Shown: positions 1-12,853, counted from the first letter of the stretch. The stretch: DNA of 64,000 nucleotides from an uncultured delta proteobacterium (GCA_963775425.1 CAVZJB010000014.1:128001-192000), one strand, 5' to 3'. A program made the numbers and translations. Notes: generated by a model from the sequence alone, not told the origin.

Positions 1-39
1 AAGCGGGTGAACGCCAAGCTCGACCTCGGCTCGGGTTGA
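1..39 (+). CDS. 3' end of a gene entering from outside the window (KRVNAKLDLGSG*)
   Basis: Open frame with GC3-rich codons ending TGA at 37-39, convergent with the next gene. Confidence 0.4.
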   Translation, partial: KRVNAKLDLGSG

Positions 40-48
40 GCCGCGTGG

Positions 49-1455
49 TCACAGCCGGATGCGCTGTCCCGGCGTCGGCGCCGTCACCGACGCGTAGCCG
101 CGCTTGTTCAGCTCGTCGGCGAGCGCGTCCTGCGCGGGTGGCTCGCCGTGCACGAGGATCACCTGGCGGAGCTTCCCGCGCTCGCGCACGGCGTCGATGA
201 ACGACAAGAGCCCCGCCTGATCGGCGTGGGCGGAGAAGCCGTCGAGCACGACGACCTCGGCGCGCCGCGGGTGCATGAGGCCGAAGATCTTGACGTCGTT
301 GCGCCGCTCGACGAGCCGGCGGCCGAGCGTGTGCTGCGCCTGGAAGCCGACGATGACGACGGTGTTCTTGGTGCCCTCGATGGTGGTGCGCAGGTGATGC
401 AGCACGCGCCCGGCCTCGCACATGCCGCTGGCGGAGATGATGATGCATGGCTCGTCGCTGGCGTCGATGGCCTTGGAGTCCTCGACGCTCGAGACGTAGC
501 GCAGCCCGTCGAAGTCGAAGGGCGAGTCTCCGCCTTGCAGCAGCTCGAAGGCCTCCTTGTCGTAGCAGTCGGGGTGGAGCTTGAAGACGTCGGTGAGCTT
601 CACGGTGAGCGGTGAGTCCACGTACACGGGCATCGCCGGGATGCGCCCCGCGACCTTGAGCCGCTTGAGCTCGTAGACGACCTCCTGCGCGCGCTCGAGG
701 GCGAACGACGGGATGACCACCTTGCCGCCGCGCGCGTGGGTGCGGTTGACGGCGTCGGCGAGCTGGTCGGAGGTCTCGGCGATGGGCCCGTGCAGCCGGT
801 CGCCGTAGGTGCTCTCGGAGAGGAGCACTCTCACGCCGTCCGGCACCTCGGGATCGCGCAGGATGGGGAGGTGCTTTCGGCCGAGGTCGCCGGTGAAGGC
901 GAAGCGGGTGCGCGCGCCGTCGTCGTCGATGTCCATGACGACGATGGCGCTGCCGAGGACGTGGCCGGCGTCGAGGAAGGTGAGCGTGATCCCGGGCGCG
1001 ACGGTGTGCGCGCGGTGGTAGGGCACTCCCACCATCAAGCCGAGCAGGCCGACGACGTCCTCGCGGGTGTACAGCGGCTCGACGGGCTCCATGTCGGCGT
1101 GCTCGCGCTCGATGAGCCGCGAAATGTGGTCGGCGTCGCTCTCCTGGATGGCCGCGGAGTCGTGCAGCATGGGCACGCACAGGTCGCGCGTGGCCGGGGT
1201 GGCGAACACCGGGCCGCGGTAGCCGCGCTGAAACAGGATGGGCAACGCACCCGAGTGATCGATGTGCGCGTGCGAGAGCACCACGGCGTCGAGCGCGGCG
1301 ACGTCGACGGGGAGCGACTTGTTGCGCTCGTTGGCCTCGCTCCTGTGCCCCTGGAACAGCCCGCAGTCGAGGAGCACCGTGGCGCGCGAGGTGCGCAGGA
1401 TGTGCTTGGAGCCGGTGACGGTGCGCGCGGCGCCGATGGGTTGGAGCTCGATCAT
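49..1455 (-). CDS. MBL-fold metallo-hydrolase, beta-CASP family RNA-processing nuclease
   Basis: LLDCG, SHAHIDHSG (HxHxDH), AGHVLG, FTGDLG, ESTYG, SASGM, FSAHAD and LVHGE motifs. Confidence 0.93.
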   Translation of the reverse strand: MIELQPIGAARTVTGSKHILRTSRATVLLDCGLFQGHRSEANERNKSLPVDVAALDAVVLSHAHIDHSGALPILFQRGYRGPVFATPATRDLCVPMLHDSAAIQESDADHISRLIEREHADMEPVEPLYTREDVVGLLGLMVGVPYHRAHTVAPGITLTFLDAGHVLGSAIVVMDIDDDGARTRFAFTGDLGRKHLPILRDPEVPDGVRVLLSESTYGDRLHGPIAETSDQLADAVNRTHARGGKVVIPSFALERAQEVVYELKRLKVAGRIPAMPVYVDSPLTVKLTDVFKLHPDCYDKEAFELLQGGDSPFDFDGLRYVSSVEDSKAIDASDEPCIIISASGMCEAGRVLHHLRTTIEGTKNTVVIVGFQAQHTLGRRLVERRNDVKIFGLMHPRRAEVVVLDGFSAHADQAGLLSFIDAVRERGKLRQVILVHGEPPAQDALADELNKRGYASVTAPTPGQRIRL

Positions 1456-1829
1456 GCCGAGGAGAGTCGCACGATCTGGAAGCGCACGCGGCCGGCGTCG
1501 ACCGCGTCGCGGACGCGCCTCTCGCGGGACGACAACCTCGCCTTGCCGGTCTTCACCTCCACGAGGACGACCTCGACGTCGCCGTCGTCATTGAGCCCCT
1601 CGAAGACCACGTAGTCGACGGGGTGGCCGAGGAAGCGAGACTCGCTCGGGTCGAAGGGAAAACCGGAGGTGAGCGGGACGAGCTGCTCGGCGGCCTGGCC
1701 GAAGACAACCGCGCGGCTGTGCGCCACCGCCGCCCGGCGGAGCGTCGACGCACGGCGAAACAGCAGCGCGCCGACGACGAGCGTCGCCAGGAGCGCGCCC
1801 AGGCCGAACGGAGCCGCCCACGGTGGCAT
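1452..1829 (-). CDS. Holliday-junction-resolvase-like PD-(D/E)xK endonuclease with an N-terminal membrane helix
   Basis: SRAVVFGQAAEQLVP, RFLGHPVDYVVFEG and EVKTGKARLS motifs; ATG at 1829; stop overlaps the start of the MBL gene. Confidence 0.8.
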   Translation of the reverse strand: MPPWAAPFGLGALLATLVVGALLFRRASTLRRAAVAHSRAVVFGQAAEQLVPLTSGFPFDPSESRFLGHPVDYVVFEGLNDDGDVEVVLVEVKTGKARLSSRERRVRDAVDAGRVRFQIVRLSSA

Positions 1830-1952
1830 GGGCGGATCTTGGGCCGCGCTTGGAGCGCCGTCGAGCTTTTGGCTGCGCGCCCGGCGCGACGGGCCGGTAT
1901 CCGCAGATCGGCGGAGGACGGGGTGATTCGCAACGCGCATTCTGGGCGACCC

Positions 1953-2645
1953 ATGACCTACGTGCCGCGGAGCCCACGTCTCGCGACGCGGCTGCGCGCC
2001 GTCGTCGATGACGGCGCGCGGCGCGCGGAGGGGCCGGTGCGCAACATGTCGACGTCGGGGATGTTCGTCGAGACCGGCGCGCAGCTCGCCGTCGGCTGCC
2101 GCGTCGCGGTGGTGCCCCTCCTCGGCGAGCTCGACGGGCAGCGGCTGCCCGCGGAGATCGCGCGCGTCGGCGAGCGCGGCCTCGCGGTGCGCTTCCTCGG
2201 CCTCGATCCCGAGCAGCGCCGCCGGCTGCGCCACACCTTCTCGGGGGACGGCTTGAGCCCGCTGCTCGATCGCCCGCGGCGACCGTCGACGGCGCGCGGC
2301 CGCCCGCCCGCCATCCCCGACGACGCCCCGGTGTTCCTCCTCACCGAGGACGGCCCCGACACGCCCGTCCGCAGCTCGGAGATGCGCGCCGCCGTCGAGG
2401 AGCTCGAAGGGCAGCTCGTGGAGCTCGGCCGCCGAAACGGCGCCCTCATGGACGACAACGCGCGGCTCAAACGCGAGTCGGCTTCGCTGCTGGCGCGGCT
2501 CACGGTCTCGCAGTCGCTGCGGGGGCGCCTCGACGAGGAGCTCGACGAGGCCCGCGCCACCATCGAGGAGCTCGAGCGCGCCGAGGACGCCCTCGTGCGT
2601 CGCATCCAGGCCCTCGAGGAGCTCGTCCGGGGCAGGAGGCGCTGA
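1953..2645 (+). CDS. PilZ-domain protein with C-terminal coiled coil
   Basis: RSPR (RxxxR-like) and NMSTSG (D/NxSxxG) motifs; heptad E/L/R-rich tail. Confidence 0.8.
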   Translation: MTYVPRSPRLATRLRAVVDDGARRAEGPVRNMSTSGMFVETGAQLAVGCRVAVVPLLGELDGQRLPAEIARVGERGLAVRFLGLDPEQRRRLRHTFSGDGLSPLLDRPRRPSTARGRPPAIPDDAPVFLLTEDGPDTPVRSSEMRAAVEELEGQLVELGRRNGALMDDNARLKRESASLLARLTVSQSLRGRLDEELDEARATIEELERAEDALVRRIQALEELVRGRRR

Positions 2646-2686
2646 GCTCCGCCGCGCCGGGGCGTGGCGTGCAGTAGAGTAGAGCG

Positions 2687-5494
2687 ATGCTCGCGCTGCT
2701 CGTCCTCTTGTCGGCGGTGCCCGCCGAAGAGCGGCTCTACATCGCGAACGACGACCACACCGACTACGTCTGGACGCTCGACGAGGAAGGGTACCGCCAG
2801 GCCTTCCAGAACATGATCACGTTCTATCTCGACGAGGCGGAGCGCACGCAGGCAAACCCCGACAACGCGCGCGGCCGCTTCAACCTCGACGGCTCGCTCT
2901 GGGTCTACGAGTGGGAGAAGAACCAGCCGCCGGAGCAGATGGATCGGCTGATGAACCACGTCGCCGCCGGCGACATCTCGGTGCAGCTCCACTCGCTCGT
3001 CCTCCTCGGCGGCGCCATGCCCACCGAGGCCGTGCTGCGCGACATGATGTACGCGGGCAGCCTCGAGCGGCGCTACGGCGTCACCATCGACCTCGCCGTC
3101 ATGATGGAGAACCAGACGCTCGCCGGCGGCCTCGCCTCTTTGTGGGCCGGCGCCGGCGCGAAGTACTCGTGGCGCGGCATCTGCGACTGCGCCACGCGCA
3201 TCCCCGGGGCCGCGCAACGCGCGCGCGAGATCTATCGCTTCGCCGGCCACGACGGCCAGGGCGTGCTCATGAAGTGGAGCTCGCTCGTGAGCGACAACCG
3301 CAGCATCGGCGGCTACGCCGAGGCGTTCGACCCCGACGCGGCCGTCACCGTCATGGAGGACAACAGCGCCTACAACGGCGCGTGGCCGTACCCGGTGAAG
3401 GCGGCGTTCGGCCACGGCTGGGACGCCGCCGAGACGGAGACCGACGCCTTCGTCGACACCGCCCTCGCGCGCACCGACGCCGACCACACCGTCATCGTCA
3501 GCAACGAGGACGACTTCTTCCGTGACTTCGAGAGCACCGTCGACGTGGACCACGACGTCCCGCTCTTCGTCGGCGGGCACGGCAACGAGTGGGATCTCAA
3601 CACCGCCAGCCTCGCCGCCGTCACCGGCGACATGCGCCGGAGCATCGAGAAGCTGCGCACGGCGGAGGCGCTGGCCGCCATCGTCGCCAGCGCCGATCCC
3701 TCGTTCCTCCAGGGGCGCTTCGACGGCACCGACGAGGAGCGCGAGCTGGCGCAGCTCCACATGGGCATGTTCTACGACCACGACTGGACCGCGGACTCGC
3801 CCACGCTGCACGACGCGCGCGAGCAGTTCCAGCGCGACGCGGCGGCGCAGGTGAAGTCGTACGTCGACGGCCTCGCCGCCGACGGCCTCGCGCGGCTCGG
3901 CCAGCTCGTGCCCGCCGGCGACGGCGCGGACGGCAGCAGCATCTACGCCGTGGCCAACCCGCTGGCGCTGTTCAACACGGCGCTCGTGGAGCTGCCCGGC
4001 GTCGACGTGCCGTTTCAGGCCGTCGACGTCACCGGCGGCTTCGACGTGCCCTCACAGCTCGTGGTCGACGAGGACGGCACCACCCACGCCTTCGCCTTCG
4101 TGGCCGCGCCGCCGCTCGGCTATCACCTCGTGCGGGTGACGCCGCTGAACGGCGCGCCGCCGGCGCCCGATCTGTGCACGGTGGTCGACGAGCCGGACGG
4201 CGCAAAGACCCTCACCGACGGCCACGTGATCATCACGGTGGAGCCCGACGGCCGGCTGTCCTCGTTCGTCAACCTGCACGACGACAACGAGCTCGCGGGC
4301 GCGGGGCTGTTCACGTTCGAGGTGGACGGCGCGCAGGACGCCGCGGCCGGTGCCGCGGTGGTGCTCGAGGCCAACGGGCCCGCGCTGTGCCGCGCGCGCG
4401 TGGACGTGCCGTCGTCGCCGCCGCGCACCATCCGCTACACGCTGGCGGGCGAGGACCGCGTCGACGTGGACTCGGTGATCACCGGGGGGTTCTCGGGCAC
4501 CGTCGGGTATCGCGTGGACCTGTCGTCGTTGCCGGGGGCGGTGGTGCACCACGAGGAGGTGGGCATGCTCGCGCTCGCCAAGCGCATCGCCGACGGCGGC
4601 GACTACGCCGACGAGGACGCGCGCACGGACTTCCTCACGCTCAACCACTTCGTCGACGCGGGCAACGCGGTGTTCGGCTTCTCGGTGGCGTCGCTCGAGA
4701 GCGGCTTCATGAGGGTCGGCGACAGCACCGTCGACACCCTCGACGAGTCGCCCACGTCGCTCCTTCTCGTCGTGGGCATGCAGCTCGACCCTGGGCTCGG
4801 CTTCGCCGACCAGGGCGGCGACACGCGCTTTGTGAACCACTACGCGCTCGTGCCCCGTGACTACGGGTACACGGGCGACGAGGAGCTCACGCTCTCGCTC
4901 GAGGACGACAACCCGCCGGTGGCGGTGCTCGCCTCGGGGGCGCGGGATGCCCCGCTGTCCGACAGCTTCCGCATCCTCGTGAACGTGCGCGGCATGACGC
5001 CGTGGTGGGTGAAGCCGCCGGAGGACGGCGTCGCTGGCGACATCGTCGCGCGCGTATGGAACGGCTTCGACGCGCCCACCGACGTCACGCTGCGCGGCAG
5101 CTTCTCGGCGGCCTCGCGCGTCTCGCACATCGAGACGGAGCTCGCGGATCCGCCGCAGCCCGTGCTCGCCGGGGACGTGACGCAGACGCTCGCGCCCGAT
5201 CAGATAGCGACCTACCGCCTGACGCTCGCGGCGGACCCGGTGGACGGCGGCGTCGACGTCGACGGCGGCGTCGGCCTGGACGCCGGTCCCGTCGACGCGG
5301 ACGCGGGCGCCGGCGAAGACGCGGGCGCCGGCGTCGACGCGGGCCCCGGCGTCGACGGCCCCGGCGGCGCCGTCGGCTGCACCTGCAGGACGTCGTCGGT
5401 CGGCGCGTTGGCGTGGCCCGCGTGCGCGCTCGTCCTCGTGCGTGCCCTGCGCCGGCGGCGTCGTCGCGGCGCGCGCGCACGGCCATCCCCGTAG
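2687..5494 (+). CDS. Secreted glycoside hydrolase (GH38/alpha-mannosidase-like N-terminus) with MYXO-CTERM-like anchor
   Basis: Signal peptide; IANDDHTDYVW (HxD metal site); DAG linker; GCTCR, hydrophobic stretch and RRRRRR tail. Confidence 0.7.
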   Translation: MLALLVLLSAVPAEERLYIANDDHTDYVWTLDEEGYRQAFQNMITFYLDEAERTQANPDNARGRFNLDGSLWVYEWEKNQPPEQMDRLMNHVAAGDISVQLHSLVLLGGAMPTEAVLRDMMYAGSLERRYGVTIDLAVMMENQTLAGGLASLWAGAGAKYSWRGICDCATRIPGAAQRAREIYRFAGHDGQGVLMKWSSLVSDNRSIGGYAEAFDPDAAVTVMEDNSAYNGAWPYPVKAAFGHGWDAAETETDAFVDTALARTDADHTVIVSNEDDFFRDFESTVDVDHDVPLFVGGHGNEWDLNTASLAAVTGDMRRSIEKLRTAEALAAIVASADPSFLQGRFDGTDEERELAQLHMGMFYDHDWTADSPTLHDAREQFQRDAAAQVKSYVDGLAADGLARLGQLVPAGDGADGSSIYAVANPLALFNTALVELPGVDVPFQAVDVTGGFDVPSQLVVDEDGTTHAFAFVAAPPLGYHLVRVTPLNGAPPAPDLCTVVDEPDGAKTLTDGHVIITVEPDGRLSSFVNLHDDNELAGAGLFTFEVDGAQDAAAGAAVVLEANGPALCRARVDVPSSPPRTIRYTLAGEDRVDVDSVITGGFSGTVGYRVDLSSLPGAVVHHEEVGMLALAKRIADGGDYADEDARTDFLTLNHFVDAGNAVFGFSVASLESGFMRVGDSTVDTLDESPTSLLLVVGMQLDPGLGFADQGGDTRFVNHYALVPRDYGYTGDEELTLSLEDDNPPVAVLASGARDAPLSDSFRILVNVRGMTPWWVKPPEDGVAGDIVARVWNGFDAPTDVTLRGSFSAASRVSHIETELADPPQPVLAGDVTQTLAPDQIATYRLTLAADPVDGGVDVDGGVGLDAGPVDADAGAGEDAGAGVDAGPGVDGPGGAVGCTCRTSSVGALAWPACALVLVRALRRRRRRGARARPSP

Positions 5495-5614
5495 CGTCCG
5501 CGCGCCGGCCGGCCGCACGCGGGCGGGCCCGCGGGGAGCGGACCCCGCACGTCGACGGTCAGCCAGGCGCGATCCGGACGTCGACGCGCGCGCACCGCGC
5601 TGATACGTCAGCGC

Positions 5615-6586
5615 ATGGTCTTCGGCGTGTGGAGCCACGTGCAGACGGCGACGGCGGCGTTCCCGCTCGCGCCGGGCCTCGCGCGCGGCGTGCGCACCGA
5701 AGCCGTGGAGATCCCCCTCGACGACGCCGAGGGCGCGCTCGTCGCCGTCGCCGAGTGGCAGCCGCGGGCGGCGCCCGTCATCGTCGTCATCCACGGCGTC
5801 GCCGGCTCCTCCGACGACGGCTACGTCGTGCGCGCCGCCCGCGCGCTCGGCCGCCGCGGCTGGCACGTGCTGCGCCTCAACCAACGTGGCAGCGGGCGCG
5901 GCGTCGGCCGCGCGGCGCGCCTGTACCACGCCGGCCTCGGCACCGACGTCGCCGTCGTGCGCCGCTTCCTCGAGGCGCGCGCAGACGTCACCACCGTCGG
6001 CGTGCTCGGCTTTTCGCTCGGCGGCCACGTCGCCCTCAGCCACGCCGCCGACACCGGCCGCGAGGCGGGCAAGCTGCGCGCCGTCGCCTCGGTGTCCGCG
6101 CCCGTCGACCTCGCCGAGACGCTGCGCCGCTTCGACCGCGACCGGCGCACGGCCGCGGCCTTCTACGAGCGGTTGATGGTGCGCTCGCTGGTCGCCGCCG
6201 CCCGCGCGCTGCACGCGCGCCAGCGCGCGGCCGGCGTGGATATGCCGTTTTCTCCGGCGGAGCTCGATCGCATCGTCGACATCCGCACTTTCGACGACGT
6301 CGTCACCTGTCGCTGCCACGGGTTCTCCGGCATCCCCGACTACCACGCGCGCGCCGCCGTCGGCCCGCGCCTGCCGCTCATCGAGGTCCCCACGCTCGTG
6401 CTCCACGCCGAAGACGATCCCATCGTCCCCGTCGCCGGCCTCCGCCGCGCCGATCGCTCGCGCGCCGTCGACGTCGTCATCGTGCCGCGCGGAGGGCACG
6501 TCGGCTTCGTCGAGTCCCCCGCGCAGCTCTTCGGCGCCACCGCCGCCGTCGCGCGCGCCATCGCCCACTTCGAGAGGCACTTGTGA
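5615..6586 (+). CDS. YheT-family alpha/beta hydrolase
   Basis: IHGVAGS, RLYHAG, GFSLGG nucleophile elbow, HAEDDPIV, GGHVGF. Confidence 0.88.
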   Translation: MVFGVWSHVQTATAAFPLAPGLARGVRTEAVEIPLDDAEGALVAVAEWQPRAAPVIVVIHGVAGSSDDGYVVRAARALGRRGWHVLRLNQRGSGRGVGRAARLYHAGLGTDVAVVRRFLEARADVTTVGVLGFSLGGHVALSHAADTGREAGKLRAVASVSAPVDLAETLRRFDRDRRTAAAFYERLMVRSLVAAARALHARQRAAGVDMPFSPAELDRIVDIRTFDDVVTCRCHGFSGIPDYHARAAVGPRLPLIEVPTLVLHAEDDPIVPVAGLRRADRSRAVDVVIVPRGGHVGFVESPAQLFGATAAVARAIAHFERHL

Positions 6587-7326
6587 TGCAAAGCCCCCCC
6601 ACACCCTTCGCCGCCGCGCTCGTCGTCGCGCTCGCCTCGTCCTGCTCCGCGTGCGCCAGCCTCCCCAAGGGCACGAGCGGCGCCGCCGCCGACGCCCTCG
6701 CGCACAAGGCCGAGGCGTGGGTGAACAAGAAGGCCTGGGACGAGACCGGCGCGGTCAAGTTCAGCTTCCGCGGCAAGCGCGACCTGCTCTGGGACAAGCA
6801 GCGCGGGTTCCTCCTGCTGAAGATGGACGACGACCGGGTGTGGCTCGACCTCCAAAGCCGCGGCGGCTTCGCCGAGGAGAAGGGCAAGGACGTCGTGGAC
6901 GCCGCCGAGAAGAAGAAGCTCCTCGAGAAGGCCTGGTCGATCTTCTGCAACGACACCTTCTGGTTGAACCCCATCGCCAAGCTCTTCGATCAAGGCGTCG
7001 CGCGCGAGCTCGTCGACGTCGACGGCAAGCGCGCGCTCAAGGTCACCTACGGCTCCGGCGGCGTCACCCCCGGCGACAGCTACGTGTGGATGATCGACGA
7101 CGACGGCCGGCCCACGGCCGTGAAGATGTGGGTCAGCGTGCTGCCCATCAAGGGGATGCGGTTCTCGTGGGACGGCTGGACCACGCTGTCGACGGGCGCC
7201 AAGGTCGCCACCAAGCACGCGGGCGCGGGCATGGACCACGCCGTCGACCTCGAAGACGTCGCCGGCGCGGCCGACATCGCCGCCCTCGTCCCCGGCGACG
7301 ACCCGTTCGCCCGCCTGGTGCGCTGA
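6586..7326 (+). CDS. Conserved hypothetical lipoprotein
   Basis: Start overlaps the upstream stop (TGATG); Cys after hydrophobic leader; FCNDTFWLNP and GGVTPGDSYVW motifs. Confidence 0.75.
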   Translation: MQSPPTPFAAALVVALASSCSACASLPKGTSGAAADALAHKAEAWVNKKAWDETGAVKFSFRGKRDLLWDKQRGFLLLKMDDDRVWLDLQSRGGFAEEKGKDVVDAAEKKKLLEKAWSIFCNDTFWLNPIAKLFDQGVARELVDVDGKRALKVTYGSGGVTPGDSYVWMIDDDGRPTAVKMWVSVLPIKGMRFSWDGWTTLSTGAKVATKHAGAGMDHAVDLEDVAGAADIAALVPGDDPFARLVR

Positions 7327-7345
7327 GCGAGGCGCTGTGCGGCCG

Positions 7346-7519
7346 TCAGCGCCGCCCGCGGTACTCCATCATGTCCTGCATCTTGCTCTCGGCGGCCTCG
7401 GCGATCTCGCCTTCCTCTTCGATGCGCCCCTTGCAGTCCTCGCAGACCTTCTTGGTCTTGCCGCCGACCTTCACCGCGACGAGCTCCTCGACGTCCTCAC
7501 CGCACGACTTGCACTTCAC
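7346..7519 (-). CDS. Small 57-aa zinc-ribbon-like protein (CKSC...CEDC)
   Basis: GTG start with GGAGG RBS upstream; two CxxC pairs; acidic helical tail. Confidence 0.75.
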   Translation of the reverse strand: MKCKSCGEDVEELVAVKVGGKTKKVCEDCKGRIEEEGEIAEAAESKMQDMMEYRGRR

Positions 7520-7717
7520 GGTCGACCTCCACCACCCGGCGCAGCGCGCAGCGTAGCCCCCCGCCGCGCGGTGTCGAGGGCGGAGTGCCCCGCTCCTGCG
7601 TGCGCGCGTCCCTGTCACACCGTGACGCACATCAACGCCACGCGAACAGCCGAGGCCCCTCGCGCGACGCGGCGGGCTTGCTCGACGTAGCCTGGAGCTT
7701 CCCTGTCGGAGGTCCCG

Positions 7718-9892
<2,175 letters not shown>

Positions 9893-9942
9893 CGCAAGCG
9901 AACCCCCATGACGGCGGGGCGCCGGGTGGCTATGTGCCACCG

Positions 9943-11388
9943 GTGACCCGCGCGACATTCGAGAACCTCATCCGCCTCGGCGGCCGCCCGCAGGCGGTCC
10001 TGGTGGGCGTGCAGCTCCCGCACGTCGACGACGCCGCCCACCAGGCGTCCCTGCTCGAGCTCGGGCGCCTGGTGGAGACGCTCGGCTTCGACGTCGTGGG
10101 CGAGCTCTCCCAGAAGCGGACGGTGCTGGCGGCGTCGGCGGCGCTCGGCCCCGGCAAGCTCAAGGACCTCGCGGCCTGGACGGGCGGCACGGGCGAGGTG
10201 CCGTCGGGCGCCAAGCGCAAGGTGCAGCGAAAGGAGCTGCACAAGCCGTCGGCCGCGCCCATGGAGCTCGAGTCCGACGACGACGACGACGAGGACGAGG
10301 ACGAGGACGGTGCGGACGCCGGCGGCGACGAGGGCGCGGGCGGTCGCGACGCCAAGCGGTCGAAGGCCAGCGTCGTCATCGTCGACAACGAGCTGTCCCC
10401 GTCGCAGCTCAGGAACCTCGAGCGCGCCACCGGCGTCGAGGTCCTCGATCGCTCGGGCGTCATCATCGAGATCTTCCATCGGCACGCGCGCACCCGCGAG
10501 GCACAGCTCCAGGTGGAGATCGCGCGGCTCACCTACGAGGCGCCGCGGCTGCGGGAGAAAGAGCACTCGAGCGATCGTCAGCGCGGCGGCGGCGTCGGCG
10601 GCAAGGGTGACGACGAGCTGGAGCTCGATCGCCGCCGCATCCGCGACCGCATCGCCGAGCTGAAGCGCGAGCTGGCCACGCAGGCGCACGAGGCGGAGAC
10701 GCGGCGCTCGCGGCGAAAGGACGCCCTGCGCTGCGCGCTCGTCGGCTACACCAACGCCGGCAAGAGCTCGCTCATGCGCGCGCTCACGGGCAGCGAGGTG
10801 CTCGTCGCCGACAAGCTGTTCGCCACGCTCGGCACCACGGTGCGCGCGCTGCACCCGTACACCCACCCGCGCGTGCTCCTGAGCGACACCGTCGGCTTCA
10901 TCAAGAACCTGCCGCATGGCCTGGTGGCCAGCTTCCGCTCCACCCTCGACGAGGCGCACGAGGCCTCGCTGCTGCTCTTCGTCGTCGACGCGAGCGATCC
11001 CGCGTTCCGCTCGCAGCTCGACGTCACGCGCACCGTGCTCTCCGAGATCGGCGCCGAGGCCATCCCGTCGCTGCTCGTGCTCAACAAGAGCGACCGCCTC
11101 GACGACGCCGCGCGCGCGACGCTCGCCGCCGAGTACCCCGACGGGTTGATCATCAGCGCGTTCGAGCGTGACGACGTCAAGGCGCTCCGCGAGCGCATCG
11201 TCGAGCACTTCGAGCGCGGGATGGAGGAGGCCACGCTCATCGTCCCCTATACGCGCCAGAACGCGCTCGGCTCCATCCGCGAGAGCGCGCGCGTGGTGAA
11301 GGAGGACTGGGACGACGTCGGCGCCACGCTCGTCGTGCGCGCCCCACGGCAGAACCTCGAGCGCCTGCGTGCGCTCGTCGCCGGCTGA
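9943..11388 (+). CDS. hflX: GTPase HflX
   Basis: [50 protein letters not shown]; start codon (GTG) approximate. Confidence 0.93.
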   Translation: MTRATFENLIRLGGRPQAVLVGVQLPHVDDAAHQASLLELGRLVETLGFDVVGELSQKRTVLAASAALGPGKLKDLAAWTGGTGEVPSGAKRKVQRKELHKPSAAPMELESDDDDDEDEDEDGADAGGDEGAGGRDAKRSKASVVIVDNELSPSQLRNLERATGVEVLDRSGVIIEIFHRHARTREAQLQVEIARLTYEAPRLREKEHSSDRQRGGGVGGKGDDELELDRRRIRDRIAELKRELATQAHEAETRRSRRKDALRCALVGYTNAGKSSLMRALTGSEVLVADKLFATLGTTVRALHPYTHPRVLLSDTVGFIKNLPHGLVASFRSTLDEAHEASLLLFVVDASDPAFRSQLDVTRTVLSEIGAEAIPSLLVLNKSDRLDDAARATLAAEYPDGLIISAFERDDVKALRERIVEHFERGMEEATLIVPYTRQNALGSIRESARVVKEDWDDVGATLVVRAPRQNLERLRALVAG

Positions 11389-11407
11389 GCCGGGCCAGGG
11401 GGCTGCG

Positions 11408-12853
11408 GTGAAGTGTCCGCGTTGCCACGACGTCGAGCTCGTCGAAGGAGGCCCGCTGTCGTCGACGACGTGCCCGCGCTGCGGCGGCGGCCTCCTGCCC
11501 GAGGTCGGCCTCGCCACGCTCCTCGACGAGCTCAAGCACACGCGCGAGGAGCTCAGAGAGCTCGCGTCCCTCTACGCCGGCGCCCGCCTGCCGTGCCCGA
11601 GCTGCCGCTCGAAGATGTCCCCGCTCGTGCTGCGCGGCGAGCACGTCGACGTCTGCTTCGGCTGCGGCGCTTTGTGGCTCGACCGCGGCGAGCTGTCGTC
11701 GATCACGCTCGGCCGCCACGCGCTCCCCGCGCCCCGCGAGCCCGTCGACGAACAGGCGCTCGCGCGCAAGAGGGCGCTGGCGGCGCCGGCGCAGGCGCTC
11801 GTGCGCATCGATGAGCGCACCTTCGGCCGCCACCTCGCGCGCGCGGCGCTGGCCGGCGCGGGCGCCGTCGGCGTGATCTGGTCGGTGGTGGGCATCGCCC
11901 CGGGCACGTCGATGCTCATGGGCGTGGTGGCGCTTGGCGTCGCCGCGGGCCTGTCGCGCAGGAACACCTTCGAGGTCCACCCGCGCGCCGGCAACATGGT
12001 GCGGTGGCGCGGCTACTTCGCGCCCACGCCCGGCGCCGTCGCGGAGTCGCCCTTCTCTCCCGACAGTTGCGTCGTCGTCCGGCCCGCGCGTGCGCTCGGA
12101 CGCGTCTGGCCGGGCGTGATGCTCGACCTCGTCGACGCCGAGGGCCGCTTCCTCGCTCGCCTGCGCGGTCCCATCCCGGCGATGCGCGCGTGGACGGAGG
12201 CGCCCCGCTACGCGCGCGCCCTCGGGGTGTCCGTCCGCTTCGACCTCGACCCCGCGGCCGACGACGTCCTCGACGCCGAGCAGCAGATGCGCCCGGATCT
12301 GCCGCAGCTCGCGCTCCACGATCAGCTCCGCCTCGAGCCCGACGCCGCGGGGCGCGTGTTCGCGGTGCGCACGCCGGAGGGCGCGGCGGTCGGCACGGTC
12401 TCCGCGGAGATCGCGATGCGCGGCGCGCAGAAGGGCCTCGACGACGTGCTCGCCCAGCACTTCGTGTTGAGCGCGGACGGGGGCCCGAGCGTGCGTCTGT
12501 TCTCCACGGTGCAGCTCGGGCGCCGCGCGACCGTCCTCGTCCTCGACGGCGGCCACGTGCTCGGCCACGTCGCCGCCCGCCGCGGGGCGCTGTTCGACAC
12601 ATACGCGTTCGCGGGACCGCAGGGCCGCCGCTCGGCGACCGCCCGGCTCCGCCACGGCTCCTCCGCGGCTTTGCTCGTCGACGGCTACGGCCGTCGCGCG
12701 GGGACGCTCGCGGTCGGCGACGCCGCGCCCTCCGAGCCGCGGACGACCACGCTGCGCCTCGCGCCCGGTCGGCTCACCGGCGACGCTCGCGTCGGCCTCG
12801 TCGCCCTGGCGTTCCACGTCGCATTGGCGTCCGTCGTCACCGACCTCGACTGA
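11408..12853 (+). CDS. Membrane protein with two zf-TFIIB-like zinc ribbons
   Basis: CPRC..CPRCGG and CPSC..CFGCGALWLDRGEL; two TM-like helices. Confidence 0.75.
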   Translation: MKCPRCHDVELVEGGPLSSTTCPRCGGGLLPEVGLATLLDELKHTREELRELASLYAGARLPCPSCRSKMSPLVLRGEHVDVCFGCGALWLDRGELSSITLGRHALPAPREPVDEQALARKRALAAPAQALVRIDERTFGRHLARAALAGAGAVGVIWSVVGIAPGTSMLMGVVALGVAAGLSRRNTFEVHPRAGNMVRWRGYFAPTPGAVAESPFSPDSCVVVRPARALGRVWPGVMLDLVDAEGRFLARLRGPIPAMRAWTEAPRYARALGVSVRFDLDPAADDVLDAEQQMRPDLPQLALHDQLRLEPDAAGRVFAVRTPEGAAVGTVSAEIAMRGAQKGLDDVLAQHFVLSADGGPSVRLFSTVQLGRRATVLVLDGGHVLGHVAARRGALFDTYAFAGPQGRRSATARLRHGSSAALLVDGYGRRAGTLAVGDAAPSEPRTTTLRLAPGRLTGDARVGLVALAFHVALASVVTDLD

